Positions 47,111 to 56,813 of a DNA stretch of 64,000 bases are shown here, one piece after another. Each line of letters opens with the position of its first letter. The stretch's first letter is position 1. The position numbers and the translations under genes are program-made. The stretch comes from Dehalococcoidia bacterium (GTDB lineage Bacteria > Chloroflexota > Dehalococcoidia > Plut-88900). Location: the NCBI GenBank assembly GCA_965249275.1, contig CBDFLQ010000007.1:736001-800000 (forward strand), given 5' to 3'. The notes beneath the pieces were generated by a model. The model searched no databases. It had not been told where the DNA came from and saw only the letters and a program-made list of their open reading frames with translations.

Positions 47111-47317
47111 TTACTTTTTGGCTGGCGGGTGCTGCCGGAATGCGGGCTTGGAGGGAATCCTTATGTAGTAGTCCACTTTGGAGGCCGTCGCTGACATCAG
47201 TTTCTGCCCCCCGACGCCACAGGTTGGACACGGGGCCAATTCATCCGCCCTGCTGATGGGCCTCATCAGCTCGAATTCCTTGCCGCAATCGGCGCAGTAG
47301 TATTCGTATATAGCCAT
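47111..47317 (-). CDS. FmdB-family zinc-ribbon protein
   Basis: MAIYEY.C.DCG.EFE...CPTCG. Confidence 0.88.
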   Translation of the reverse strand: MAIYEYYCADCGKEFELMRPISRADELAPCPTCGVGGQKLMSATASKVDYYIRIPSKPAFRQHPPAKK

Positions 47318-47350
47318 GAAAGGTCTCCTGGAACAGGTGAAAGGGTGCTG

Positions 47351-47590
47351 CTACTCGTCCTCTTCGGGCTTCCAGCCCGTCTTTTCGAAGACCTCCTGCA
47401 GCTCCTGGATGCGGCCCTTGACTATATCCTGCACTTTGGACTCTATGTCCGGAGTGATAATCAGGAGCGCTATCTGGTTTTTACGATGCCAGACCTGCAG
47501 GTTTCCAAAGGTCTCCTGTACCCAGTAGCCCTTCTTGACCTGTTCTTCGATCAGGTAATCGGTCGGGGCTATGTCTTCAATATCGGCCAC
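47351..47590 (-). CDS. Hypothetical protein
   Basis: GGAGG SD, 79 aa; first gene of the dnaJ cluster. Confidence 0.65.
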   Translation of the reverse strand: MADIEDIAPTDYLIEEQVKKGYWVQETFGNLQVWHRKNQIALLIITPDIESKVQDIVKGRIQELQEVFEKTGWKPEEDE

Positions 47591-47755
47591 TGTTGCACCT
47601 CCAAAAGGGATCGGGCTGCCAATGGTTCCGCCGCCCGACTTTCGCCGAAGATAGTATACGTTGTCGGGGGAGTAAGTAAAGAATACGACGCTTTAGGCCA
47701 AGGGAACGGCAATTGACGGCTTTGCCAAGTGCTTTCCACTATGAGTCCCGTTAAA

Positions 47756-49063
47756 TCATTCCACGTGGGGATGGTACTCGTTGCCTATGTGGCCCATTTC
47801 CTCCAGCGTATCGTATTCGGAGTCGGTATAGCCCAAAAGGTCTTTGTAAACGTATTCATTGTGCTCACCGAGCCTCGGCGGGGGCGTACGGATAGCGTTT
47901 GGAGTCTCCGAAAGACGACCTATTATGGAGGGGTATTCGTGCTCCCCTGTGCCTGGCATCGAGATACGCTGGAAGAACTCCCGACCCCGGAGCTGCGGGT
48001 CATCATAAACTTCCCGGTGATTCGACACCTGCCCCGCAGGCACTCCCGCCTCCTGAAGCATCGACATCAAATCTCCCTTGTTTCGCTCGCGGGTCCACTC
48101 CGAGATCAGGGCGTCCAGTTCATCCTGGTTCTCATACCGGCTCAGGTAGCTAGCGAATTTCCTGTCGGCGGTCCATGACGGGCTGCCCATAACGCCGCAA
48201 AGCGCATCCCACTGCTCTTCCTTCTCGACAGCAATCACGATCCATTCGTCATCCCCCGAGCACGGATAGCAGCCGTGGGGGACCATAGTACGGTGCCGAT
48301 TCCCCAAGGTACGGTGGACCCGTCCATTCGCCAGCCGGTCTATGTTTACCTCGCTGATGTAGGACGTGAAGTTCTCCACCTGTGCCAGCTCGATCATCTG
48401 GCCCTTGCCGGTGCGCTGCCGATTCCTGAGGGCCATCATCACGGCAAGGGCGCAGTTTATCCCTCCCGCTGCGTCGCTGTAGAAGATGTCGGTCTGAAAA
48501 TCGAGGCTAAGATCAGGGTAGCCCCGCAGGCTGGCATGCCCCGAGACACCATCAATGTGGCTGCCGAGAGTTCGATATGTCCTGTAGGGTCCCTGCAGAC
48601 CAAACCCCGGCATTCGCACCATGATGAATCCAGGGTTGACCTCCCTGGCCCTTTCATAGGAGATGCCGAGCTTGTCGGCGGTGGTCGGCACGTTGTTCTC
48701 TATCAGCACGTCGGCGACGTGGAAAAGCCTCTGGAAGACCTCCTGGCCTCCGGGAGCGCCCAGGTTAACCGTCATGCTCTTCTTGTTGCGGGCATGGACG
48801 TTGAACGAAGGAGTCCTGTTCCAGGGCATGGGGCCCGGGTCCCATTCAGGATAGGCAGTATGCCAATCCGTGTCCGCAGAAATTTCGGCTTTTGATACCC
48901 GGGCCCGTTGACCGCGCGCCATCGGTTGGAAGTGGTCGATAGGCTCCAGGCGTATGACCTCGGCGCCCCAGTCTGCGAGCATCTGAGTGGCGTAGGGGCC
49001 CGCCCAGACAAGCGTTATGTCCAGGACCCGTATCCCATCCAACGGCAGCTTAGAGTTCGTCAT
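47756..49063 (-). CDS. Family III CoA-transferase (CaiB/BaiF)
   Basis: PLDGIRVLD, WAGP...LADWGAEVI and RNKKS motifs; true start 49063. Confidence 0.92.
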   Translation of the reverse strand: MTNSKLPLDGIRVLDITLVWAGPYATQMLADWGAEVIRLEPIDHFQPMARGQRARVSKAEISADTDWHTAYPEWDPGPMPWNRTPSFNVHARNKKSMTVNLGAPGGQEVFQRLFHVADVLIENNVPTTADKLGISYERAREVNPGFIMVRMPGFGLQGPYRTYRTLGSHIDGVSGHASLRGYPDLSLDFQTDIFYSDAAGGINCALAVMMALRNRQRTGKGQMIELAQVENFTSYISEVNIDRLANGRVHRTLGNRHRTMVPHGCYPCSGDDEWIVIAVEKEEQWDALCGVMGSPSWTADRKFASYLSRYENQDELDALISEWTRERNKGDLMSMLQEAGVPAGQVSNHREVYDDPQLRGREFFQRISMPGTGEHEYPSIIGRLSETPNAIRTPPPRLGEHNEYVYKDLLGYTDSEYDTLEEMGHIGNEYHPHVE

Positions 49064-49086
49064 GTACCTATCCGAGTAGAGGCGCC

Positions 49087-50292
49087 CTACACTACGCCTG
49101 CCTGTTTCAACTTGGAAACTTCTTCCCTGGAGAAACCCAGGAGGCCCCCGTAAACCTCCACGTTGTGCTGTCCAAGGGTTGGGGCGGGGCGGCGCATGGA
49201 CCACAGGCCTCCGTACATCTGGAACGACTTTCCGGGAATCCGCACCATGTCTCCGGGGGCCCTTTCGACGGTAGTCCAGTAGGCTCGGGCACGGAAGTTT
49301 GGGTCGGCGGTCAGAAGGGCGGAGTCGTAGACCGGCCCCGAAAGAATTCGGGACTCCTGGGCGGCGGCGAAGGCATCTGTTACGGGGCGTTCCTTCAACC
49401 ACGGGTCGAGCAGCGCATCGAAGAAATCGTGGCTTTCAGGCAATGAACGCGCCTCCATAGTGGCGAAGAGGGGCTCTTCCATTAGCTCGGGCATCCCTAA
49501 CATGTTCAATCCCTTGGGTATCAGATTGGCATCAGTGAACATGTTGAGATAGCCGTCCTGACAGAGGTGGACGGAGCCGCCGCCACTCTCTAAGGTCTCC
49601 CGCCGGGTGACGAAACCTGCGTACTGGTAGGCCAGGAGCATCGCGGAGGTGCGATCTATGCTCCCTGCCTGCACCTCCTGGATCGACTCGTCCACGTGCT
49701 CTCCCACACCTCTTTCGGACGTGCCTCTGAGCGAGATCATCGAGTGCAGAGCGCTCATGATGCCGGCGTGGAACTGAACGACGTGCGCCCCCACCTTCAC
49801 GGGCTCGCGGGACTGGAGGCCCGTCACGTACATCAGCCCCGACATTGCGTAGTACACAGCATCAGAGGCCTCGTATTCGCTGTAGGGGCCGTTCTGCCCG
49901 AAGTTGGATATAGAGGTGAGCACGATGCGAGGGTTGCGCTGTTTCATGGCCTCGTAGGAGAGGCCCATGGACGGCAGGGTCGAGGGCGAGAAGGTCTCGA
50001 CAACGAGATCGGCCCACTCGACCAGCTCCATGAATATCTTGGCCCCGGCGCGGGTCTCGGGGTCCAGGGTCACGCCCCGCTTGTTGTTGTTGAGGTAGCG
50101 GAAGAAGCCGCTCTTCTCTACGCCCGGCAGGTCGTCAATAAAGGGAGTGGAGGCTCGGCCGGGGTCCCCGGTCGGGGGTTCGACCAGAATGACGTCCGCC
50201 CCGAAATCAGCCATGAATTTCGTGCAGACGTGTCCGGGAATACGCCGGCTGATGTCCAGGACTCGTAGGTCTTGAAGCGCCTGATCGTGCAA
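49087..50292 (-). CDS. Family III CoA-transferase (CaiB/BaiF)
   Basis: L..LRVLD, ADFGADV, N.NKRGVTLD and AP.LGQHN motifs. Confidence 0.92.
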   Translation of the reverse strand: MHDQALQDLRVLDISRRIPGHVCTKFMADFGADVILVEPPTGDPGRASTPFIDDLPGVEKSGFFRYLNNNKRGVTLDPETRAGAKIFMELVEWADLVVETFSPSTLPSMGLSYEAMKQRNPRIVLTSISNFGQNGPYSEYEASDAVYYAMSGLMYVTGLQSREPVKVGAHVVQFHAGIMSALHSMISLRGTSERGVGEHVDESIQEVQAGSIDRTSAMLLAYQYAGFVTRRETLESGGGSVHLCQDGYLNMFTDANLIPKGLNMLGMPELMEEPLFATMEARSLPESHDFFDALLDPWLKERPVTDAFAAAQESRILSGPVYDSALLTADPNFRARAYWTTVERAPGDMVRIPGKSFQMYGGLWSMRRPAPTLGQHNVEVYGGLLGFSREEVSKLKQAGVV

Positions 50293-50435
50293 TTCAGTGC
50301 TTCCGTTCGAACCGGGAAAAGATAGTCAAGATTCTATCACCACCGTAAACCTGCCCGATTCCACAGCTAGAGAGCATGGTGAACACGCTGTGCTCACTCA
50401 CAAGTGTGTCAATGAAGGACCGGCTCCCTCAGCCC

Positions 50436-50948
50436 CTATTCCGGTCCGACCTCGTCGGGGATGTACTCATCCTGTACTTCTACGGTGAGCCAGTTTTCGA
50501 AGCAGACGCCGCTGGAAAGGCTGGTCACACCAATCGTGGCCCGGCCCCCGAGTCCCCGCGCCTCACCCAGGACCTCGACGAACAGGTCGGTGGCGCCGCT
50601 GGACACCCTGTTCACGTCCGTGAAGTCGGGCGTACACACGACGAAGTTCAACGACCTCACGATGGCCACTATCTTGTCCAGGTCCCCGACTGCGTACTTG
50701 ATGCCCGCAAAGCAGTGGATCGCCGTGAGCCGTGCCGACTCGTAGCCCTGCTCAATGGTGACGTCCTTGCCCAGGGTCCCGATACCGACTGGCCCGCCGT
50801 CCTTCCAGGGAACGTGGCCGCTGAGGTACAGAACGTTTCCCACCCGGTGGTGGGACTTCATGGTGCCGAAGGTCGCGCCGGGGTAACCTTCCTTCGAGTA
50901 ATCGGGCAGAGTGATGCCCATCTCGGCCAGCTTTGCTTCTACTCTCAT
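50436..50948 (-). CDS. RidA/YjgF family protein
   Basis: E.KL..MG..LP, LYLSG..P, G..G and R.TIGV..L motifs. Confidence 0.88.
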   Translation of the reverse strand: MRVEAKLAEMGITLPDYSKEGYPGATFGTMKSHHRVGNVLYLSGHVPWKDGGPVGIGTLGKDVTIEQGYESARLTAIHCFAGIKYAVGDLDKIVAIVRSLNFVVCTPDFTDVNRVSSGATDLFVEVLGEARGLGGRATIGVTSLSSGVCFENWLTVEVQDEYIPDEVGPE

Positions 50949-50972
50949 GGCTGAGACCTCCGGACCGACAGG

Positions 50973-52139
50973 CTAATCAAATACCCTGATGATGTCGTAG
51001 GACGTGGTGCGCTGGGCGGGGATACGGCCAATGTCCTTAATCAGGCTCTGGAAATCCTCCGGCGACATGTACTGGCCGTAAGGCGCGCCCGCCGACCTGG
51101 ATATCTTCTCATTCATCAGCGTGCCGCCGAAGTCATTGGCCCCTGCGTTTAGGCAGACCTGGGCGAACTTCTGTCCAAGCTTGACCCACGACACCTGGAT
51201 GTTCTTAATCCAGTTGTTGAGCATGATTCGGGACACGGCGTGCATCCTCAGGTCTTCCATGCCTGTGGGCCCGGGTCTCACCCCGCCCTGCAGGTAAAGG
51301 GGCGAGTCCCAGTGAACGAACCCCAAGGGCACGAACTCGGTGATTCCGCCGGTCTCCTTCTGGATGTCCCGGATAAGGGCAATGTGGTTGGCCCAATGTA
51401 CCGGAGCGTCGATGTGGCCATACATGATGGTGGAGGTGGATGGCAACCCGACTTCGTGGGCGGTCTTGATAATCTCCACCCAGTTCTCGGCGCTGAGCTT
51501 GTTCTTGGTCAGGCGCTGCCTTATCTCGGTGTCGAGGATCTCGGCGGCGGTGCCAGGAATGGAACCCAGGCCTACTTCTTTGACCATGAGCAGGAAATCT
51601 CGGATGCTCAGGCCCGTCTTCTTGCTGCCGTACTGCACCTCGAAGGGCGAGAAGGCGTGGACGTGGATGCCCGGGACCCGCTCCTTGATGGCGATCAGCA
51701 TGTCCCGGTACTCGTAGCCGGTCATCTTCGGGTGGAGTCCGCCCTGCATGCAGACCTCCGTAGCTCCCGCCTCCCAGGCCTCCTCGGCCCGGTCGGCGAC
51801 CTGTTCAATGGTCAGGGTCTCAGCCTCTTCGTCACCGAAGTGCTTGGCGAAGGCGCAGAACTTGCAGCCCGTATAGCAGATATTGGTGAAGTTGATGTTG
51901 CGCACCGTAACGAAGGTGACCATGTCGCCGACGGTACGCTTTCGGAGCTCGTTGGCGGCGGCGCAGAGAGCGTGAAGCTCCAGGTCCTTTGCGTCGAAGA
52001 GCTTTATGGCCTCTTCCACCTCGATATCTACGCCGTTTAAGGCCCTGTCCAGGATACGCGCCGTTTCCGGCTCGACGGCCGAAAGAAGCCGGTCAAGGCT
52101 GGATTCAACGACTCCGGGAAATGCAGTATCAATTACCAT
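50973..52139 (-). CDS. cofH: FO synthase subunit CofH
   Basis: NINFTN.C..GC.FCAF, PGTAAEILD, IQ.SWVKLG and ND.GGTLM.E.ISR.AGA motifs. Confidence 0.94.
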   Translation of the reverse strand: MVIDTAFPGVVESSLDRLLSAVEPETARILDRALNGVDIEVEEAIKLFDAKDLELHALCAAANELRKRTVGDMVTFVTVRNINFTNICYTGCKFCAFAKHFGDEEAETLTIEQVADRAEEAWEAGATEVCMQGGLHPKMTGYEYRDMLIAIKERVPGIHVHAFSPFEVQYGSKKTGLSIRDFLLMVKEVGLGSIPGTAAEILDTEIRQRLTKNKLSAENWVEIIKTAHEVGLPSTSTIMYGHIDAPVHWANHIALIRDIQKETGGITEFVPLGFVHWDSPLYLQGGVRPGPTGMEDLRMHAVSRIMLNNWIKNIQVSWVKLGQKFAQVCLNAGANDFGGTLMNEKISRSAGAPYGQYMSPEDFQSLIKDIGRIPAQRTTSYDIIRVFD

Positions 52140-53332
52140 CGGGTCTCCTCATCCTTTACGTAGCCATCCTCATCTATGAAACCGCGCACTGCGGCCTCCA
52201 TGACGGGGTTCAGATATCCGGGTTTGTCCACAATGTATTCGGGGTAGATTGCCAGCCTCTCCTTCAACTCGTAGCCGAGAGACTCGGTGTTTTCCTTAAG
52301 CTCCGTGATCATGGGCCAGGCCTTCTCAGGGTTGATGAAGTCTTTGGTGACGGGGGATACGCCTCCCCAGTCGTTGATCCCGGAAGCCAGGTAGAACTGG
52401 TATGCGTCGGCGGTCAGGTTGGGTGGGGCCTGGATGTTCATTTCGGGGCCCAGGATTAGCCGAGCCAAGGCAATGGTGACGGCCATGTCCACCGCCGAAG
52501 GCTCTCCGTGGGCCCTCATGCGGGTGTCGGGCTTGGCGCGGAAGTTCTGGATTATCACTTCCTGAATGTGGCCGTACTCTTCCTGAAGCTCTTTGATGGC
52601 AAAAAGGGTGTCGACCCGTTCGTCCAAGGTCTCTCCGATGCCGATGAGCATGCCGGTGGTGAACGGGACCAGCATCTCGCCGGCGTAGCGCATTGTCTGG
52701 ATTCGTATTGCCGGGTCCTTGCCCACACTGCCGAAGTGGGCCTGTCCCCTCTCCAAGAGGCGCGGGCTGGAATTCTCCAGCATCAGGCCCATGCTAACCG
52801 TGACCTCGCGAAGCTGGGCCATCTCCTCACGCTCCAGCACCCCGGAGTTGCTGTGGGGAAGGAGGCCCGTCTCCTCGAATACCATGCGGCACATATCGAC
52901 AAGGTAGTCGGTCATGGAGGGGTACCCGAGCTCCTGAAGGTGCGTCCGAGCCATCCTGTGCACGTCTTCCGGCTTCTCACCGAGGCTGAAGAGGGCTTCT
53001 TTGCATCCCGCTTTCCGACCAGCCTTGGCCACGGCGAGCACCTCGCCGGGTGTCATGGTCTTGGCGTCGGGGTGCTTGGGGCCCTTGACGAAGGTGCAGT
53101 AGCCGCAGCGGTCTCGACACAGGTTGGTCAGGGGGATGAAAACCTTGCGGGAGTAGGCAACGCGCCGCCCCTTGGCACTTTCGGTGGTCCGGGCGGCGCA
53201 TGCGAGAAGAGCGGGAATCTCTGCGCCCTCGGCTCGGACCAGCCGGTATGCCTCTTCTCTCGATAGCGGCTTGCCGTCCAGGACTTGCTGCAGGCAACGC
53301 TCGATTTGGATATCGGTGGAAACGTAGACCAC
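52133..53332 (-). CDS. cofG: FO synthase subunit CofG
   Basis: SRKVFIPLT.LCRD.C.YCTF, GCKEALF, QEVIIQNF.AK, IQAPPNL and D.GGVSP.T.D motifs. Confidence 0.94.
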   Translation of the reverse strand: MVYVSTDIQIERCLQQVLDGKPLSREEAYRLVRAEGAEIPALLACAARTTESAKGRRVAYSRKVFIPLTNLCRDRCGYCTFVKGPKHPDAKTMTPGEVLAVAKAGRKAGCKEALFSLGEKPEDVHRMARTHLQELGYPSMTDYLVDMCRMVFEETGLLPHSNSGVLEREEMAQLREVTVSMGLMLENSSPRLLERGQAHFGSVGKDPAIRIQTMRYAGEMLVPFTTGMLIGIGETLDERVDTLFAIKELQEEYGHIQEVIIQNFRAKPDTRMRAHGEPSAVDMAVTIALARLILGPEMNIQAPPNLTADAYQFYLASGINDWGGVSPVTKDFINPEKAWPMITELKENTESLGYELKERLAIYPEYIVDKPGYLNPVMEAAVRGFIDEDGYVKDEETRW

Positions 53333-53855
53333 GTGTGTCTCCGAGAGCGGCAGTTACCGTAGAGTCGTCAAAGTCGAGCGAGGAGTCAAAATAAGCCTGT
53401 CCAACAAGCTATCACGCGGAATGGCCGCGAGTCTATCCACACGCCTATTGAATGTCAAATCCACATGCCCTTCAGTTCCATATGGGTTAGCTAACATATG
53501 ACAATGAACCGAGACGTGGACAATCAATGGAAAACAGCTTTGTGTTTGATTGATTGCGGGGTGTAGGCACGATTTTTGATTGTTTGTTAATGGCGGGACT
53601 AACTCCAATTCTCGCGCCGCGAGCCATCCACGGTCGGTAGAGAAAAGGGGACATTGGGGCACTTGAAGTTTGAGTTACTCAAAAATTGCTCGCAGGCAGA
53701 GATTAGCGAAAAGAGGGGGTGAGGGGAAGGGGGTGATGTCACACCGTGGGAGCGACCTTCTAGAGAATTGGGTCTAGGAAAACGTGCAATCAGATTTGCT
53801 TGCCGCTTAATCCAGGAATCAGGAAATAGTATGAGGGCAAATTAAGAGGGTTAAG

Positions 53856-53884
53856 TTGACATTCCTGCCCATGATCGTTACATT
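53856..53884 (+). promoter_or_regulatory. sigma70-type promoter
   Basis: TTGACA(53856-53861)-17 nt-TACATT(53879-53884). Confidence 0.75.
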
Positions 53885-53890
53885 TGCAGT

Positions 53891-53983
53891 ATTAGAATCC
53901 ATTGGGTTACCTCCCGGTATACGGGACAAATAGGCACCCAATCATTAAAACCCCAGGGACGCCTTCGGCGTCCCTGAATTTTT
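53891..53983 (+). ncRNA. Candidate structured sRNA plus terminator upstream of the NYN gene
   Basis: AUUGGGU/ACCCAAU stem enclosing UCCCG-GUAUA-CGGGA; then CAGGGACGCC-UUC-GGCGUCCCUG-AAUUUUU. Confidence 0.65.
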
Positions 53984-53999
53984 AGGAAACAATCTGACA

Positions 54000-54629
54000 A
54001 TGTCCATCGCCGCGAGAGAGCAGAATCGGATTCGCGTGATCGTGTTTGTCGACTTCTGGAACTTTCAGTTAATGGTCAACGACTTAGAGCGTGGTTTCCC
54101 GGTCGACTGGAAGAAGTTGGGACCCCTAATCGCACGGACTGCCCTGGAGGTCGTAGACGCTGACTCGCAGTTATCCTATCAAGGTATGAACGTATACGCT
54201 TCCTTTGATCCATTCGGTAAAAAGGACGAGGCCTTTCGCAGATGGGCTACGAATAGCCTGGACAAATTTTCCGGTGTACAGGTGACCATGATTCCACGGC
54301 AACGAAAGCGAAAGGGGTCCGTTTGCCCAGCATGTCATGAAGAGTTGTCGACATGTTACAAATGCGGTTCGGACATGAGAGGCACGGAAGAAAAGGGAGT
54401 CGATACACGCATTGTGACCGACATGATTAAGTTGGCTTGGGTTGACAACTATGATGTCGCCGTATTGCTTTCCTCGGACAAAGACTTCGTACCTGTCGTC
54501 GAATTTCTCGGTACACGAGGTATTAAGACCATACATGCAGCCTTTCCGCCTCAGGGTTCAATGCTGACGCAGCATTGCTGGGGCAACATCAGCATACCTA
54601 ACACAATGGAACAATTTAGACGCGCTTAG
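54000..54629 (+). CDS. NYN (PIN-like) domain ribonuclease with Cys4 zinc-ribbon insert
   Basis: VFVDFWN, CPAC..CYKC, EKGVD and LSSDKDF.P motifs. Confidence 0.88.
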   Translation: MSIAAREQNRIRVIVFVDFWNFQLMVNDLERGFPVDWKKLGPLIARTALEVVDADSQLSYQGMNVYASFDPFGKKDEAFRRWATNSLDKFSGVQVTMIPRQRKRKGSVCPACHEELSTCYKCGSDMRGTEEKGVDTRIVTDMIKLAWVDNYDVAVLLSSDKDFVPVVEFLGTRGIKTIHAAFPPQGSMLTQHCWGNISIPNTMEQFRRA

Positions 54630-54682
54630 CCTCACGTTCGAGACTCACTTGCTCCTCCACCCGCAAGAAAATTGGTGAAGGT

Positions 54683-56020
54683 TTATTTGCCAATGCAGAA
54701 GCGGGAGAAGATGGTGTGGAGGAGGTCTTCGGTCACGGTCTCGCCGGTGATTTCTCCGAGGGCGGTCAGGGCGGCGGTGAGGTCTATGGTGACGAAGTCG
54801 TCGGGCAGGCCTTTAGTTAGGGCATTTTCCGCAGAGGCAAGGTGAGTTGCAGCAGATTCCAGGGCCGACTTGTGCCGAGCATTGGACACCAGTACCTCAC
54901 CCGACCCCAAACTCTTGCCGTTGAGCGCCACCTCAACCATCCTCTCCCTCAGCTCATCCAGGCCCTCCCCCGTGATCATGGAGGCCCGTACGGCGCCCGA
55001 TGGAACAACAGAGGGGTCGGCAATGTCCGGGAGGTCTGACTTGTTGGCGACCGTCACTGCTCCTTTGCCCGGGAGCCGACCAATCAGATTGAGGTCCTGG
55101 TCGGTGAGAGGTTGACTGGAGTCAAGGACGAGCAGGACAAGGTCGGCTTGGGCGAGAGCCTTGCGGCTGCGCTCTATGCCGAGATGCTCAACGGGGTCAG
55201 AGGTGTCGGTCAGTCCGGCGGTGTCCACCAGCACAAATGGGATGCCGTCGATATTGGTCACCTCTTCGACCGTGTCCCGGGTTGTACCGGCGATGGGTGT
55301 CACAATGGCCCTCTCTTGGTCGAGTAGGCGGTTGAGGAGGCTCGACTTGCCGACGTTGGGACGCCCCACTATCGCGACCCGGACGCCGTGGCGATAGACA
55401 ATACCCGTATCGGCGGCGCTAAGGAGTTGGCGGACAGCGGAAGCCGCGTCACGGATTGCAGGGAGGGGATCTTCGAGTGGGACATCGTCGTCCGGGAAGT
55501 CGATTCGCGCGGTTAGGTAGGCCAGGACTTCCAAAATGGCGGTGCGGGCTTCCTTGATACGCTGGGAGAGTCCGCCCTGAAGCCCGTTCATAGCAACTCT
55601 CAAGCTAGCGTCGGTCTTGGCTTCTATGACATCCAGGACGGCTTCGGCCTGGGTGAGATCTATGCGTCCGTTGAGGAAGGCGCGCAGGGTGAACTCGCCG
55701 GGACCCGCGGCACGGGCCCCGCAACGGAGAAGGGCTTCGAGAACGGCCTGCAGGGGTACGAGGCCGCCGTGCCCGTATATCTCGACGGTGTCCTCGCAGG
55801 TGTAGCTGTTGGGGGCCAGCATGCAGGTAGCCATCACCTCATCGAGGATCGACCCGTCGTCAGGGTCGACTATCCGGCCACGGCTCATATAGCGGTGGGA
55901 TAGTCGGCCGCTAAACACCTTCCCGGCAAGGGCAAGGGAATCGGGGCCGGAGAGCCGCACAACACCGATGGCCCCCTCACCTATGGGTGTGGCAATTGCG
56001 GCTATGGTATCGTCGTACAC
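54683..56020 (-). CDS. mnmE: tRNA modification GTPase MnmE
   Basis: DTIAAIATP, GEFT.RAFLNG, GRPNVGKSS, GTTRD, DTAG, NKSD and FCIGK motifs. Confidence 0.97.
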   Translation of the reverse strand: MYDDTIAAIATPIGEGAIGVVRLSGPDSLALAGKVFSGRLSHRYMSRGRIVDPDDGSILDEVMATCMLAPNSYTCEDTVEIYGHGGLVPLQAVLEALLRCGARAAGPGEFTLRAFLNGRIDLTQAEAVLDVIEAKTDASLRVAMNGLQGGLSQRIKEARTAILEVLAYLTARIDFPDDDVPLEDPLPAIRDAASAVRQLLSAADTGIVYRHGVRVAIVGRPNVGKSSLLNRLLDQERAIVTPIAGTTRDTVEEVTNIDGIPFVLVDTAGLTDTSDPVEHLGIERSRKALAQADLVLLVLDSSQPLTDQDLNLIGRLPGKGAVTVANKSDLPDIADPSVVPSGAVRASMITGEGLDELRERMVEVALNGKSLGSGEVLVSNARHKSALESAATHLASAENALTKGLPDDFVTIDLTAALTALGEITGETVTEDLLHTIFSRFCIGK

Positions 56021-56118
56021 AGCGTCGGGCCTCCCTCGCAGCAATTATATGCCAAGGGAGAAAACTCCAATGATGCAGGGGTGTCGGCTATACTGGGCCG
56101 GACTTCGGGAGGTCAAGA

Positions 56119-56802
56119 TTGCACAGACTCATCTTGTTCGACGTAGACCAGACTCTCATTAGTACCAGGGGCGGTGACCGAAAGGCACTCAACGATACAT
56201 TCCAGGAGCTGCATGGCATTGACGACGCCTTCGAAGGAATGAGTTTCGGGGGGCGGATGGACCTATCAATAATGGGCCAGGTCTATTCGCATTGGGGAGT
56301 CGCCGAAGTGGATCGGAGTCTCGGCGATTTCAAGGCACGGTATTTCGAGCTTCTGGAGCTGGTGCTGAAGGACTGGGAAATGGGTATCGTGTACCCGGGT
56401 ATACCTGAGTTGCTTAGAGCCCTGGACTCGAGAGCTGGGGTGCAGATAGGTCTGGCTACCGGGAACTTCCGGGAGTCGGCATTCATCAAGCTGCGGAAAT
56501 ATGGGCTTTACACCTTCTTTAAGGAAGGCGGCTTTGGGGGAGACCATCCGAACCGCCCCGAGGTCGTAGCCGACGCCATAGTCAAATGTCAGACACTCTC
56601 AGGGAAAGTCTACGAACGTGAGGATATTTTCGTCATCGGAGACTCGATTTCCGACGTGGAGGCGGGTCGGGCCAACGGCATAAACTCGGTAGCGGTGGCG
56701 ACGGGTCACTACGACACCACGAAGTTGAAGTCATTAGGCCCGACCTTCGTCTTCGAAGACCTGTCGGATACGGAGAAGGTGTTGGGCGCGTTGCTAGGCT
56801 AG
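56119..56802 (+). CDS. HAD-family hydrolase
   Basis: LFDVD.TL, LATGN and IGDS..D motifs. Confidence 0.9.
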   Translation: MHRLILFDVDQTLISTRGGDRKALNDTFQELHGIDDAFEGMSFGGRMDLSIMGQVYSHWGVAEVDRSLGDFKARYFELLELVLKDWEMGIVYPGIPELLRALDSRAGVQIGLATGNFRESAFIKLRKYGLYTFFKEGGFGGDHPNRPEVVADAIVKCQTLSGKVYEREDIFVIGDSISDVEAGRANGINSVAVATGHYDTTKLKSLGPTFVFEDLSDTEKVLGALLG

Positions 56803-56813
56803 GTGAGTGCGGA

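Noticed and set aside
53340-53850. att-like duplication of the mnmE 3' end, and ORF 53354-53662
   Set aside because: No convincing copy of the mnmE terminus found by eye; the ORF lacks an SD and any protein-like motif.
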